The notes below the pieces were generated by a model. The model was given only the letters and a program-made list of their open reading frames with translations, searched no databases and was not told where the DNA came from. This document shows, piece by piece, positions 1 to 9,754 of a DNA stretch of 64,000 nt. Numbering within the stretch: position 1 is the stretch's first letter; every line of letters begins with the position of its first letter. The translations under genes were made by a program, and so were the position numbers. Location of the stretch: positions 1,792,001 to 1,856,000 of the forward strand of contig OY769902.1 of assembly GCA_963669175.1 (NCBI GenBank), read 5' to 3'. Source of the DNA: a bacterium (GTDB lineage Bacteria; Electryoneota; Electryoneia; Electryoneales; Electryoneaceae).

Positions 1-2
1 CG

Positions 3-809
3 TCCAAACAGCTTGAGCAGGCGTTTGATTCCGCATGTGTGGGGAAGCTGTCCGGTGCGGTCGGCTGTTATGTTCACCTCGATCCGGAGATGGAAGAAGA
101 GGTGATGGACAGGCTGGGAATCGGAGTCGCACCCATCTCCAGCCAGATCGTTTCCCGTGACCGAATTGCCTCACTCCTCGCTGCTATTGCTCTGGTCGGA
201 GCGGTAATGGAAGGAATTGCTCTGGAGGTACGTCACCTGCAACGGACCGAAGTTGGCGAAGCTCGTGAAGGCTTCCGAGTGGGGCAAAAAGGAAGTTCGG
301 CAATGCCGCATAAGCGCAACCCCATTGACTCGGAGAAGATTTGCGGCATGGCCCGACTGCTGCGTGGAAACATGCATGCAGCGTATGAAAATGTCGCTCT
401 GTGGCACGAGCGCGACATTTCGCATTCTTCTGTAGAACGTGTTATCTTGCCCGACAGCACGATTGCGCTTTCATATTTATTGCATCTTACTTCGGATGTT
501 GTCGAGAACCTGTATGTCGAGGAAGCCAACATTGAACGCAACCTCGGCATTACCGGCGGAGCAGTATTCTCGGAGGGGCTGCTCCTCGAGTTGGTGCAGA
601 CAGGCATGACTCGTGAAAATGCCTACGCAATTGTGCAACGTGTAGCACACGGCGCGATGGAGAAAAAAGTCGGGTTTGAAGAAGCGGCGCTGGATACACC
701 GGAATTGAAAGAAAAGCTGGATGAAGCCACCATTCGCTCTGCGTTTGATTTGAATCATATTTTACGGAACGTGGACTTTATCTATCGTAGACTGGGCCTG
801 GACGAGTGA
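3..809 (+). CDS. purB: Adenylosuccinate lyase, C-terminal part (5' truncated by the window)
   Basis: Fumarase-family signature GSSAMPHKRNP, LWHERDISHSSVER; frame open from position 3. Confidence 0.96.
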   Translation, partial: SKQLEQAFDSACVGKLSGAVGCYVHLDPEMEEEVMDRLGIGVAPISSQIVSRDRIASLLAAIALVGAVMEGIALEVRHLQRTEVGEAREGFRVGQKGSSAMPHKRNPIDSEKICGMARLLRGNMHAAYENVALWHERDISHSSVERVILPDSTIALSYLLHLTSDVVENLYVEEANIERNLGITGGAVFSEGLLLELVQTGMTRENAYAIVQRVAHGAMEKKVGFEEAALDTPELKEKLDEATIRSAFDLNHILRNVDFIYRRLGLDE

Positions 810-843
810 ACTGACCAGCCCTACGGACCAAGGAGACTTCTGC

Positions 844-1554
844 ATGGAAAAGAAGGACCTGCTCTACGAAGGCAAAGCAAAACAACTGTTCATGACGGAT
901 GATACAGATCTGCTCATCCAGGTCTTTAAAGATGAGCTATCAGCCTTCAATGGGACGAAAAAAGGGGAGTTTGAAGGTAAGGGCGCTATCTGTAACGGGA
1001 TATCCACTTACCTGTTCGAATACCTGGAAAACTATCACGTTCCTACCCATTTTGCAAAAAAATTCTCCGCTACGGAGATGGTTGTAAAACGGCTGGAAAT
1101 GATCCCGATTGAAGTCGTTGTCCGCAATATTGCCACCGCGAACCTCGCCAAGACGTACAACCTGGAAGAGGGCGCGGTGCTTGAATATCCGATCATCGAG
1201 TATTTCCTGAAGAATGACCGTCTGGGCGACCCGATGATCAATGAGCATCATGCGTTTGCCATGGGGTACGCCACTCCGGAAGAAATGCGCCTGATTTCAC
1301 GGGTTGTCTCCAAGGTGAACGCCATCCTGAAATCGTTCTTTGATCGCAGGAGCCTGCTGCTGGTGGACTTCAAGCTGGAGTTCGGCAAGCACGGCAAACA
1401 TCTGCTGATCGGCGACGAGATTTCGCCGGATACCTGCCGTATCTGGGACAAGAAGACAAGTAAAAAGATGGATAAAGACCGGTTCCGCTTCGATATGGGT
1501 GGGGTGGACAAGGTTTACCAGGAACTATTGGACCGCATCATAAGCGTGGGTTGA
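844..1554 (+). CDS. purC: SAICAR synthetase
   Basis: LYEGKAK, EVVVRN, LVDFKLEFG, DEISPDTCRIWD, DKDRFR motifs; GGAG SD. Confidence 0.97.
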   Translation: MEKKDLLYEGKAKQLFMTDDTDLLIQVFKDELSAFNGTKKGEFEGKGAICNGISTYLFEYLENYHVPTHFAKKFSATEMVVKRLEMIPIEVVVRNIATANLAKTYNLEEGAVLEYPIIEYFLKNDRLGDPMINEHHAFAMGYATPEEMRLISRVVSKVNAILKSFFDRRSLLLVDFKLEFGKHGKHLLIGDEISPDTCRIWDKKTSKKMDKDRFRFDMGGVDKVYQELLDRIISVG

Positions 1555-1555
1555 C

Positions 1556-2230
1556 ATGTTTGCTCCTGAAGGACTCTGGTTTATCCTTGCGCCGGCAATT
1601 GCGCTTGTGCTGTTCGCCGCAATTGCTTTTTGGCGGAAAAGGAACGGTTTATGGAAGGGCCTTGCGGCCTTTTTTCTCTTGTTGACACTGTTTATGCTGT
1701 TCTTCTTCCGTGATCCCAGCCGGGATTTGCCGGATGAAACAGCAATTGTGTCACCGGCTGATGGGACTGTCCTGTCCATTCGTCGCCTGGCTGACGGGCA
1801 GATGAATATCGCCATCTTCCTGTCACTGATGAATGTTCATCAGATTCGCACCCCTGTTTCCGGGAAAGTTGTCTCCGCAGAATACATTCCCGGGAAGTAT
1901 CATCGTGCGGATCAGGCCGTTGCGGGCGTGGAAAACGAGCATGTCAAGTTCATGACAGATTCACCGCACGGGATGATTGAAACCCGGGTATATGCCGGGA
2001 AAGTCGCTCGCAGAATCGTCTGTCCTATCAAAGAAGGCGACGAAATAAAGGCTGGCCAGCGAATTGGTTTTATCCGGTTCGGATCACGTGCGGAAGTGAC
2101 ACTCCCACCGAAAAGTGATATCCGTGTTGTTGTTGATCAGCGGATTACCGGTGGCGAGACCATACTGGCGGTTGTACCGGAACCGGATGAGTCGGATTCG
2201 TTGACAGTGGAGGCGGACAGTGCTCCGTAG
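1556..2230 (+). CDS. psd: Phosphatidylserine decarboxylase proenzyme (short type)
   Basis: N-terminal TM, FFRDP, SPADG, NVHQIRTP, RFGS autocleavage motif; adjacent to pssA. Confidence 0.93.
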   Translation: MFAPEGLWFILAPAIALVLFAAIAFWRKRNGLWKGLAAFFLLLTLFMLFFFRDPSRDLPDETAIVSPADGTVLSIRRLADGQMNIAIFLSLMNVHQIRTPVSGKVVSAEYIPGKYHRADQAVAGVENEHVKFMTDSPHGMIETRVYAGKVARRIVCPIKEGDEIKAGQRIGFIRFGSRAEVTLPPKSDIRVVVDQRITGGETILAVVPEPDESDSLTVEADSAP

Positions 2231-2909
2231 GGTTATCCCGACCCTTTTAACGGCATCCAATGCAGGATGTGGTATTGCAGCCATGTTCCTGATTCTGCAG
2301 GGACATACGTTCTGGCCGGGTTTTCTGCTTCTGTTTGCAGCTTTCCTGGATGGAATAGATGGGACTGTTGCTCGCCGCCTTGGAGTCGCAGGTAGTACCG
2401 GGGCCGGTCTGGATACCATAGCCGACCTGATTTCTTTCGGCGCTGCGCCTGCCGTGCTGGTCGCTTTTGTGGCAAAAGGTCCGTACGGTCTCGCGGCTGG
2501 GTTGTTCTATGGTGTTATGATTGTAGCGCGTCTTATCAGGTATCACATGATTCATATGCCCCCGGGAGTATTCATGGGATTACCGGCGCCGATAGCGGCG
2601 ATGCCGGTAATGGCGGTTGCCATGATGTCGCTTCAGACGTCCGGACCTCCAGTATGGCCCATTATCGCTGCAGTGCTTTCAGGACTGTTTGCCATGCTTC
2701 CTGTCTCTTTCCCGGCGTGGCGGCATCCATCCATTCTGGGACTGCCTGCTTTTGTGAAGTTCGGGTTTTTGATTGTTGGAATTGGAGCGTTACCATTTGT
2801 TTTCGAAGAGTCTGTGTTGACCTGTCACTTGATTTATATTGTATTCTCACCCATGCTTCTGACACGCTATGAAACATTGCTCAATGATGAGCATAAGGAA
2901 GAGGTGTAA
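2220..2909 (+). CDS. pssA: CDP-diacylglycerol-serine O-phosphatidyltransferase (CDP-alcohol phosphotransferase family)
   Basis: DGIDGTVARR..G..LDTIADLISFGAAP motif, FMGLPAP, multiple TM helices. Confidence 0.9.
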   Translation: MLRRVIPTLLTASNAGCGIAAMFLILQGHTFWPGFLLLFAAFLDGIDGTVARRLGVAGSTGAGLDTIADLISFGAAPAVLVAFVAKGPYGLAAGLFYGVMIVARLIRYHMIHMPPGVFMGLPAPIAAMPVMAVAMMSLQTSGPPVWPIIAAVLSGLFAMLPVSFPAWRHPSILGLPAFVKFGFLIVGIGALPFVFEESVLTCHLIYIVFSPMLLTRYETLLNDEHKEEV

Positions 2910-2954
2910 CTGCACGATATCGCGTGTACCATGCAGAAGGGATCGAGGGAAGAG

Positions 2955-3209
2955 ATGGTCGTACTTGTTGAAGTGATGCCGAAAGAGGGAATCCTGGACC
3001 CCCAGGGCAAGGCGGTTGGGAATGCGCTGCGTCAGATGGGGTACGAGGAAGTGGGTGAGGTGAAGATCGGAAAAATCATTCGTCTGGAACTGGACGAGAC
3101 CGATCCCGACAAAGCACGCGCCCGTGCAGAAGAGATGGGGCGGCAGCTCCTGGCCAATCCGAATGTGGAACGGTTCCGGGTAGTTTTCCCCGAGGAGGCA
3201 GTCGCGTGA
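2955..3209 (+). CDS. purS: Phosphoribosylformylglycinamidine synthase subunit PurS
   Basis: ILDPQGKAV, VKIGK, LLANPNVE; overlaps the purQ start. Confidence 0.95.
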   Translation: MVVLVEVMPKEGILDPQGKAVGNALRQMGYEEVGEVKIGKIIRLELDETDPDKARARAEEMGRQLLANPNVERFRVVFPEEAVA

Positions 3210-3898
3210 AATGGGGTGTAGTTGTATTTCCCGGGTCCAATTGTGACCATGATGCCTATTACGCTCTTCACGACATCCTTGGGCAGGATGTTCGTTATAT
3301 CTGGCATACGGAACGTGATCTCGATGGTCTGGATGGCGTGATGCTCCCCGGCGGTTTTGCTTATGGCGATTATCTCCGCGCCGGAGCCATCGCACGTTTC
3401 AGCCCGGCAATGGATGAGCTGGTTAAATTTTCGGAAAAAGGCGGCACGGTTATCGGTGTTTGTAACGGTTTCCAGGTCTTGACCGAGCTGGGGTTGCTGC
3501 CCGGCGCGCTGGTGCGCAATACCGGTCTGCGGTTCATCTGCGAAGACCTGCCCCTGCGGGTGGAACATGCTGACAGCAGGTTCACCGCTACTTGCAAAGC
3601 CGGGGAAGTGCTGAACATCCCGGTAGCGCACAATGAAGGCAATTACATGCTGGACGAAGCGGGGCTGGATGAACTGGAAGCGAACAAACAGGTTCTGTTC
3701 CGGTACTGTACCCGTGAAGGTGAAGTGACAAAAGAAGTGAATCCGAACGGATCAAGCCGTAATATCGCGGGTATCATGAATCGCCAGGGCAATGTGCTGG
3801 GGATGATGCCGCACCCGGAACGCCGTGTTGATGCCGTTCTGGGGCATGTTGACGGCCGTAAGATATTCGAAAGTGTTCTCCAAAGCGTTGGGGGCTGA
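3206..3898 (+). CDS. purQ: Phosphoribosylformylglycinamidine synthase subunit PurQ (glutaminase)
   Basis: FPGSNCD, PGGFAYGDYLRAG, GVCNGFQ, GMMPHPER. Confidence 0.97.
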   Translation: MKWGVVVFPGSNCDHDAYYALHDILGQDVRYIWHTERDLDGLDGVMLPGGFAYGDYLRAGAIARFSPAMDELVKFSEKGGTVIGVCNGFQVLTELGLLPGALVRNTGLRFICEDLPLRVEHADSRFTATCKAGEVLNIPVAHNEGNYMLDEAGLDELEANKQVLFRYCTREGEVTKEVNPNGSSRNIAGIMNRQGNVLGMMPHPERRVDAVLGHVDGRKIFESVLQSVGG

Positions 3899-4740
3899 TG
3901 AGCAGGAAAAAACCTGCCAGTGAGATGAATTTCCTGGATCACCTCGACGAGCTGCGAAGCGTCCTGATCAAGGCGCTGATCGGGCTCATGATCGGGGTGA
4001 TTGTGTCTTACTTCTTTTCGCCCAGGATCCAGGACCTGTTGTTGCTGGCGTTCAAAACGCCGGAGAACATTCGTCTGTCCCTTTTGTATCCTACCGAAGG
4101 TTTCATGGTGCAACTGAAAATCTCGCTGGTGGCGGGAATTTTCGTCGCTGCGCCCTGGATATTTTACCAGTTCTGGTCCTTTGTCGCCCCGGCGCTTTAT
4201 GATAATGAAAAGCGCTGGATCGGGCCGACAGTATTCTTTACCAGCCTCTGCTTTATCACCGGCGCCGTGTTCGCCTGGTTTGTGCTGTTGTGGGCGACAT
4301 CCTTCCTGATGGGATTTGCTTCGGATGGTGGAAGCGTCACCCTGGGATGGGGCGGACATACCTTCCTTGAGTTCGGAACACCCGCAGTGGAAAATGTCTG
4401 GTCACTGGGCAAAACGCTCGATTTCATCCTGCGCATGTTCCTCGCATTCGGGGTGATGTTTGAGCTGCCCGTCGCCATGTATTTCCTGGCACGGCTTGGG
4501 CTGGTGGACGCAAAGTTTCTGCGCACCTACCGTAAGCATGCCTATGTGCTGGTCTTGATCGCAGCAGCCATCATTACGCCCCCGGATGTCATTACCCAGA
4601 TTGCGCTGGGGTTGCCCTTGTTCGGCCTCTATGAAATCAGCATCTATGTCGCCATGATCGGTTCCAGGCGGCACAAAAAAGCCATTGATTCGATGGGGCA
4701 GGATGAGGAAAGTAGCGCCAAGGCGGGAGGCGCCGCATGA
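3898..4740 (+). CDS. tatC: Twin-arginine translocase subunit TatC
   Basis: FLDHLDELR, FVAPALY, FELP, AAIITPPD; about six TM segments. Confidence 0.95.
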   Translation: MSRKKPASEMNFLDHLDELRSVLIKALIGLMIGVIVSYFFSPRIQDLLLLAFKTPENIRLSLLYPTEGFMVQLKISLVAGIFVAAPWIFYQFWSFVAPALYDNEKRWIGPTVFFTSLCFITGAVFAWFVLLWATSFLMGFASDGGSVTLGWGGHTFLEFGTPAVENVWSLGKTLDFILRMFLAFGVMFELPVAMYFLARLGLVDAKFLRTYRKHAYVLVLIAAAIITPPDVITQIALGLPLFGLYEISIYVAMIGSRRHKKAIDSMGQDEESSAKAGGAA

Positions 4741-5168
4741 TGCCCGGCGGTGGTGAACTGATCCTGATCGCGTTTGTGATTCTGCTTCTGTTTGGAGGCA
4801 AGGAACTGCCGCGAGTGGCGCGTACCCTCGGCAAGTGGACCTCAATCTTTCGCCGCTCAATGAATGAAGTCCGCCGCGAGATCAACCGTATCGCGCTGGA
4901 AGATGAGCTGGCCGAAGCGAAAAAATCGTTCGGCGAACTCAATAAGGACTTGCGCGAAGAGCTGCACTTGGACCGTAAACTCTATGAACCACCCGAGTCA
5001 CGCGAGGCCGGTGCATCCGAGAAAAAAAAGACCGTATCACGTGATAATCCCTACGCAAAGCAGTCCGAAACATCCGGCATGATAAAGGACAGTGATGCCA
5101 AGCCGGACCAACCTGCCACGGATACCACTCCGAAACAAGGTGAAACCGAAACGGATGAACCCGGGTAA
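4737..5168 (+). CDS. Twin-arginine translocase TatA/TatB family subunit
   Basis: ELILIAFVILLLFGGKELPRVARTLG (TM, FG hinge, amphipathic helix); long charged tail is TatB-like. Confidence 0.88.
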   Translation: MMPGGGELILIAFVILLLFGGKELPRVARTLGKWTSIFRRSMNEVRREINRIALEDELAEAKKSFGELNKDLREELHLDRKLYEPPESREAGASEKKKTVSRDNPYAKQSETSGMIKDSDAKPDQPATDTTPKQGETETDEPG

Positions 5169-5175
5169 AACTACC

Positions 5176-5982
5176 ATGAAAGCTCCACGATTTCCATTGA
5201 TTTCCGGTTTCCGCTCGACCGTGCTGTTTCTGATACTTGCGGCACTAATGCTGCCTATAGCCTATGTGTCCGCGCAAGACACAGAACAGGTTTTTATGGC
5301 TGTCGCAGTCAACGAGTTTCCTCACGATGTCGAGGCGTACACCCAGGGATTGGTGATTCACAATGGTTTCCTGTTTGAGGGAACCGGGCTGAACGGGTAT
5401 TCTTCCATTCGTCGTGAACACCTGGAGACCGGAGTTGTCCTGCAACAGCGTGATATGGAGAAGAAGTATTTTGGGGAAGGTATCACCATCTTCGACGATA
5501 TGCTGATCCAGGTAACCTACCTGAACCGTGAAGGATTCGTCTACACCGTGGATGAATTTGAACCGGTATCGTCATTCCGCTATACCCAGCAAGGGTGGGG
5601 GCTGACTCACGACGGCGAAAAGCTGATTATGAGTGATGGTACCTCTACGCTGTATTTCCTCGATCCAGTCAGTTTTTCCAAACGTGGGCAGATTGATGTG
5701 TGGTCCTCGAACGGTCCCCTGACACACCTGAACGAGCTGGAATACATTGACGGTGAAATCTGGGCGAATGTATACCCCACCTACTATATCGCACGAATCA
5801 ACCCGGAAACCGGCCAGGTCAACAGTTGGATCAACTGCAGCGAACTTCTGGACGATGCAGACTGGCATGACAAGATCGATGTGCTGAACGGCATCGCATA
5901 CGATCCCGAAACAGGGCGCATTTTCGTGACCGGTAAACGCTGGCCGAAACTGTATGAGATCGAGCTGATCCCGATGGACTGA
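5176..5982 (+). CDS. Glutaminyl-peptide cyclotransferase (plant/bacterial beta-propeller type), secreted
   Basis: PHD..AYTQGL, FGEGIT, GWGLT, LNELEY, VLNGIAYD, TGKRWP; signal peptide; start at 5176 chosen to limit overlap with tatA/B. Confidence 0.92.
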   Translation: MKAPRFPLISGFRSTVLFLILAALMLPIAYVSAQDTEQVFMAVAVNEFPHDVEAYTQGLVIHNGFLFEGTGLNGYSSIRREHLETGVVLQQRDMEKKYFGEGITIFDDMLIQVTYLNREGFVYTVDEFEPVSSFRYTQQGWGLTHDGEKLIMSDGTSTLYFLDPVSFSKRGQIDVWSSNGPLTHLNELEYIDGEIWANVYPTYYIARINPETGQVNSWINCSELLDDADWHDKIDVLNGIAYDPETGRIFVTGKRWPKLYEIELIPMD

Positions 5983-5988
5983 CGGGAA

Positions 5989-6052
5989 GTGAAAAAAGTA
6001 GACAGTGAATAAAGTGAAAAAAGTAAAGAAGGTAAAAAATGTAAAGAAAGTC
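5989..6052. repeat. Degenerate ~9-bp tandem repeat (AAAGTRAAA-like)
   Basis: GTGAAAAAA/GTGAATAAA/GTAAAGAAG/GTAAAAAAT units; reads FTFFTFFTF on the minus strand. Confidence 0.7.
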
Positions 6053-6065
6053 ATTTGACGGGCAA

Positions 6066-6579
6066 GTGTGGCCCGATCCGCAAGTGACGTAACTTCCACT
6101 TTCCATTCAACAACAATACTCCCACGACATCTCCATTCTATCCATACTCATGAGCGCATCGGGACGTGTCGTAAAGGTTGCAGGAAAAGGGGACTGTTTC
6201 CTTTTCGTTGCGCTGAGATATATGATTATAAATACAGGGGATCGAAAAGGGGACTGTCCCCTTTTCCATGAGACAAGGCTTCATCACTAACATGAGTCTG
6301 GATAAAGTTCTGTGTATTTGCCAAAGACTCGAAAGCTGCCACATTCCCGACTCACTCATAGTCGCGTCATGGATTGTCACTTCAGCACAGTACCCATCAC
6401 GAACGACAGCGTCAGTTCCATCACGTACGAGTCGGGCCACCCGAGCTTGCTGCACAGGATAATGTCGTCGCCTTTGATCCGATGCGCTCAATGTTGCGTC
6501 ACGTGGCATTGCTTCATCAGAGTATTCTTGAATCTGTCCACGAGGAAGCTATATCACTTGCGAGTCGGGCCACCCGAGC
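6066..6579. repeat. REP-like repeat, three copies (TCACTTGCGAGTCGGGCCACCC consensus)
   Basis: Direct copies at ~6421-6446 and ~6554-6579 share CGAGTCGGGCCACCCGAGC; inverted copy at 6066-6087 is 19/22 identical. Confidence 0.75.
6184..6266. repeat. Pair of palindromic REP-like units GAAAAGGGGACTGTYYCCTTTTC
   Basis: Copies at 6184-6206 and 6244-6266, each self-complementary. Confidence 0.8.
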
Positions 6580-6941
6580 GGGGACTTGGGTATCCTGAAC
6601 AAGGCCATCTCAACTTAGCCTTCCTGGGTCAATGCGAAGTTCGCTGATTGACAACGCTACACATCCCGCAATCCAACCCTTTGAAAAGAATGGGCAGTCA
6701 AAATGCGAAGCGTGGTCAAGTTGAGGAATAGTGGGGAGATAGTGCTATCTGCATTGTTTTTAATTAGTTTCAATCAGCTTCAGCTTGAACTGACCAGACA
6801 GACTTCCCCCCACTTTTTCCACTAATTTCTTCTTACTTATGGATTCCTGACGAAATTTGATTATCTTATTAACACGGTGATTCTAGATTCTGCTTCGCAT
6901 CGTTCGAGCAATTTCGGCACTCAACAACTGGGAGGGCCTGT

Positions 6942-8540
6942 ATGAGCCCCAAAGCGAGTTCCGCCTCAGAATCTACTGGTCAAACAAAAACAACCACTAA
7001 AGCCAAAGCTTCTCAACGCTCCACGGCAACAACCACCAAAAAGACAACCAAGAAGACAACGAAACCGAAAACCCCGTCAACAAACAGAAAAACGTCGGTT
7101 AGCAAGAGCGCAGTAGTTAAACCGACCAATGGCAATGGTAAAACCAATGGGAATGGCGCCAATGGACATGGCATCATCCTGGATATAAGTCCCAGTAATA
7201 TCAAGGTCGAAGATGTCACTACGACCAAAGTATTCGTGCTGGATACCAATGTCCTGTTGCATGATCCTACCGCCATTCGTCGCTTCGACGAGCATGACCT
7301 GATCATCCCCATCACCGTGCTGGAAGAGGTGGATCAGTTCAAAAAAGGCGCGGATACCATCAATTTTAACGCTCGCGAAGTGGCGCGTGAGCTGGATGAG
7401 CTTGCTTCTCATGGAAAGATGGACGAAGAGGGCGTGCCGTTAGGAGATGGTCGTGGCACGATTCGAATTGTCGTAGGTGGTCCGGTTCATGAAAAAGTGA
7501 GGACCACGTTTTTACAGGACAATCCCGATCACCGTATTCTGTCCGCAACCCTGAAAGTCAAACAACGCTTTCCCAACCGTGAAGTGGTCCTGGTTTCCAA
7601 GGACGTATCCTTGCGCCTGAAAGCCCGCAGTATGGGAGTGGCTGCGGAGGATTATGAAAACGACAAGATCCCTGAACTGGATAAACTGTACAAGGGTCGT
7701 TATGTGCTGGAGGGCGTGGATGACGAGCTGATCGACCGGCTTTTTTTGCTGCCGTTTTCGGTGCCCGTGGCAGATTTCAGAATTGAGGAACCCTACCCGA
7801 ATGCCTATTTCATCTTACGTGGCATGTCCAAGAGCGCTATTGCACGGTATGACGCGAGCGAGCGTGCGCTGGTGCGTGTCGAGAAAAGAACATGTTATGG
7901 TATTTATCCACGCAACAGCGAGCAGACCTTTGCGCTGGACGCCCTGACCAATCCGGATATCCAACTGGTCACATTGTCCGGAAAGGCCGGGACCGGAAAA
8001 ACCTTGCTGGCCCTGGCGGGGGCTCTGGAAACACGGCGTCGTTATCACCAGGTTTTTCTCGCTCGCCCGATTGTGCCGTTGTCCAACCGCGATATCGGCT
8101 ATCTTCCCGGGGATATTCAGGACAAGATTGCGCCCTATATGCAGCCGTTGTGGGATAACCTTGGGGTGATACGTTCGCAATTCAAGGGCAACGACCCCAA
8201 CCTGGCTACGATACAGAACATGCTGGAGCACGAGAAGCTGAAGATCAGCGCGTTGGCGTATATACGTGGACGTAGCCTGAACCGGATTTATTTCATTGTG
8301 GATGAGGCGCAGAACCTGACCGGACATGAGGTGAAGACAATTATCACCCGGGCCGGAGAAGGTACGAAGATCATCTTTACCGGTGATCCCTACCAGATTG
8401 ATTCGCCTTACCTGGACGCACGTTCCAACGGCCTGACCAGGCTGATTGACAAAATGAAAGGACAGGAAGTTTACGCGCATGTGACGCTGGAAAAGGGGGA
8501 ACGGAGCCTGCTTTCAGATTTGGCTTCAGATTTGTTATAA
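6942..8540 (+). CDS. PIN-PhoH (PhoH2/YlaK-like) RNase-ATPase with a Lys/Thr-rich N-terminal extension
   Basis: PIN motif VFVLDTNVLLHDP and LVSKD; PhoH motifs GKAGTGKT, IGYLPG, RGRSL, DEAQN, GDPYQID; GGAGG SD. Confidence 0.94.
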   Translation: MSPKASSASESTGQTKTTTKAKASQRSTATTTKKTTKKTTKPKTPSTNRKTSVSKSAVVKPTNGNGKTNGNGANGHGIILDISPSNIKVEDVTTTKVFVLDTNVLLHDPTAIRRFDEHDLIIPITVLEEVDQFKKGADTINFNAREVARELDELASHGKMDEEGVPLGDGRGTIRIVVGGPVHEKVRTTFLQDNPDHRILSATLKVKQRFPNREVVLVSKDVSLRLKARSMGVAAEDYENDKIPELDKLYKGRYVLEGVDDELIDRLFLLPFSVPVADFRIEEPYPNAYFILRGMSKSAIARYDASERALVRVEKRTCYGIYPRNSEQTFALDALTNPDIQLVTLSGKAGTGKTLLALAGALETRRRYHQVFLARPIVPLSNRDIGYLPGDIQDKIAPYMQPLWDNLGVIRSQFKGNDPNLATIQNMLEHEKLKISALAYIRGRSLNRIYFIVDEAQNLTGHEVKTIITRAGEGTKIIFTGDPYQIDSPYLDARSNGLTRLIDKMKGQEVYAHVTLEKGERSLLSDLASDLL

Positions 8541-8634
8541 TACGGGTGAATTCTTCTCCCACCGCAGAAGCTATTGGAACTCCTGCCGGGAGTTCAGCGT
8601 GAGCGCATTGTTACTGGTACAGTCGTAAAACAGA

Positions 8635-9447
8635 GTGGTGATAGAGATGACCCGGCAGGATTTTGAAACGGTAAAGCAGTCATATCAGAGTTATATGGCC
8701 CGGTATTCAGATGCCAGGGGTTCTGTTGCTGGCGCGATTCATGTGAAGCTGGTCCATATTGAACAGGTTGTTCATGAAATGAAACTGCTGGTTGAAGCGC
8801 TGTACCTGGATGAATTCGACACATTCATTGCCCTTTCCATCGCGCAACTCCATGATATCGCCCGTCCCGAACAGCTTGTCAAATACGGCACGATGAAAGA
8901 TGCCGACTCGGAAAACCACGCCCTTATGGCTGTCCGTATTATTAAGGAAGAGGAGATTCTGGGCCATCTGGAAAGGGATGAACAGGAGCTGATCCTGACA
9001 GCGGTCGCCAATCACAATCGGTATGCTGTTGAGGATGGATTGGATGAACGTACGCTGTTATTTTGCAAACTGATACGTGATGCGGACAAGCTGGATATCT
9101 GGCGGGTGTTTATTGAGCTGGACAGCCAGCCGGAATCGTCGGAAGCCGCCACTGCCTTTTTTGGCCTGGAAGAACGTGATGAAGTGACGCCCTCTGTATG
9201 GCAGGCTATCATGGAAGGACACATTGCTGATTATCGAGAATTGCAAACACGTTGCGATTTTCGCCTGCTGGTCATGGGATGGGTTTTTGATCTGAATTTC
9301 CAGCATAGTCTGAACCGGGTCGTACAGCAGGGATTCCTGGACACAATGAAATCACGCATTCCCCTTACTCCGAACGTGGAAAACGCCCTGAAGAGAATAG
9401 AGACTTTTATTAACGAAAGAACACAACAACAGGTTGCCATATCCTGA
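8635..9447 (+). CDS. HD-domain phosphohydrolase
   Basis: H..HDIAR..H..NHN..RDADKLD pattern. Confidence 0.85.
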   Translation: MVIEMTRQDFETVKQSYQSYMARYSDARGSVAGAIHVKLVHIEQVVHEMKLLVEALYLDEFDTFIALSIAQLHDIARPEQLVKYGTMKDADSENHALMAVRIIKEEEILGHLERDEQELILTAVANHNRYAVEDGLDERTLLFCKLIRDADKLDIWRVFIELDSQPESSEAATAFFGLEERDEVTPSVWQAIMEGHIADYRELQTRCDFRLLVMGWVFDLNFQHSLNRVVQQGFLDTMKSRIPLTPNVENALKRIETFINERTQQQVAIS

Positions 9448-9487
9448 GTTACAGTAGAATAATGTCCCATGGAATAGAACAACTGCG

Positions 9488-9562
9488 AGATCCCCGTTAT
9501 GTTCACGGCTGTGCTTCGCACACCGCAAGCTTCGCTTCGCTATGGTTCAAGCCGGGGATGAC
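9488..9562. repeat. Interrupted REP-like palindrome (AGATCCCCG ... TCAAGCCGGGGATGAC)
   Basis: Arms ATCCCCG/CGGGGAT are separated by ~50 bp containing GCTTCGC three times. Confidence 0.6.
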
Positions 9563-9754
9563 ATGATGGGACTTTAAGTAACATGTACTTCCTGATAGCG
9601 CTGACCTGAAAAAACGCTGTACTTCCTCATCGAGATCTTGCTTTCGTCAGAAAACGATAGTATTATTACTGAACATTTGTACAGATTTTACGCGATTCGA
9701 AAGATACCGGACAGTTTTCAGAGTGTTCATACCATCATTAAAGGAGAGAAAGAG

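Noticed and set aside
6184-6579. Possible CRISPR mini-array (23-bp palindromic repeats with a 37-bp spacer)
   Set aside because: Only two copies, mixed with other repeat types, and no cas genes; a REP doublet fits better, though an orphan remnant is not strictly excluded.
6138-6647. Overlapping short ORFs in the repeat spacer (e.g. 123 aa with EKGTVPFS/EKETVPFS)
   Set aside because: The repeated peptides are translations of the palindromic repeats; no SD or recognisable domain.
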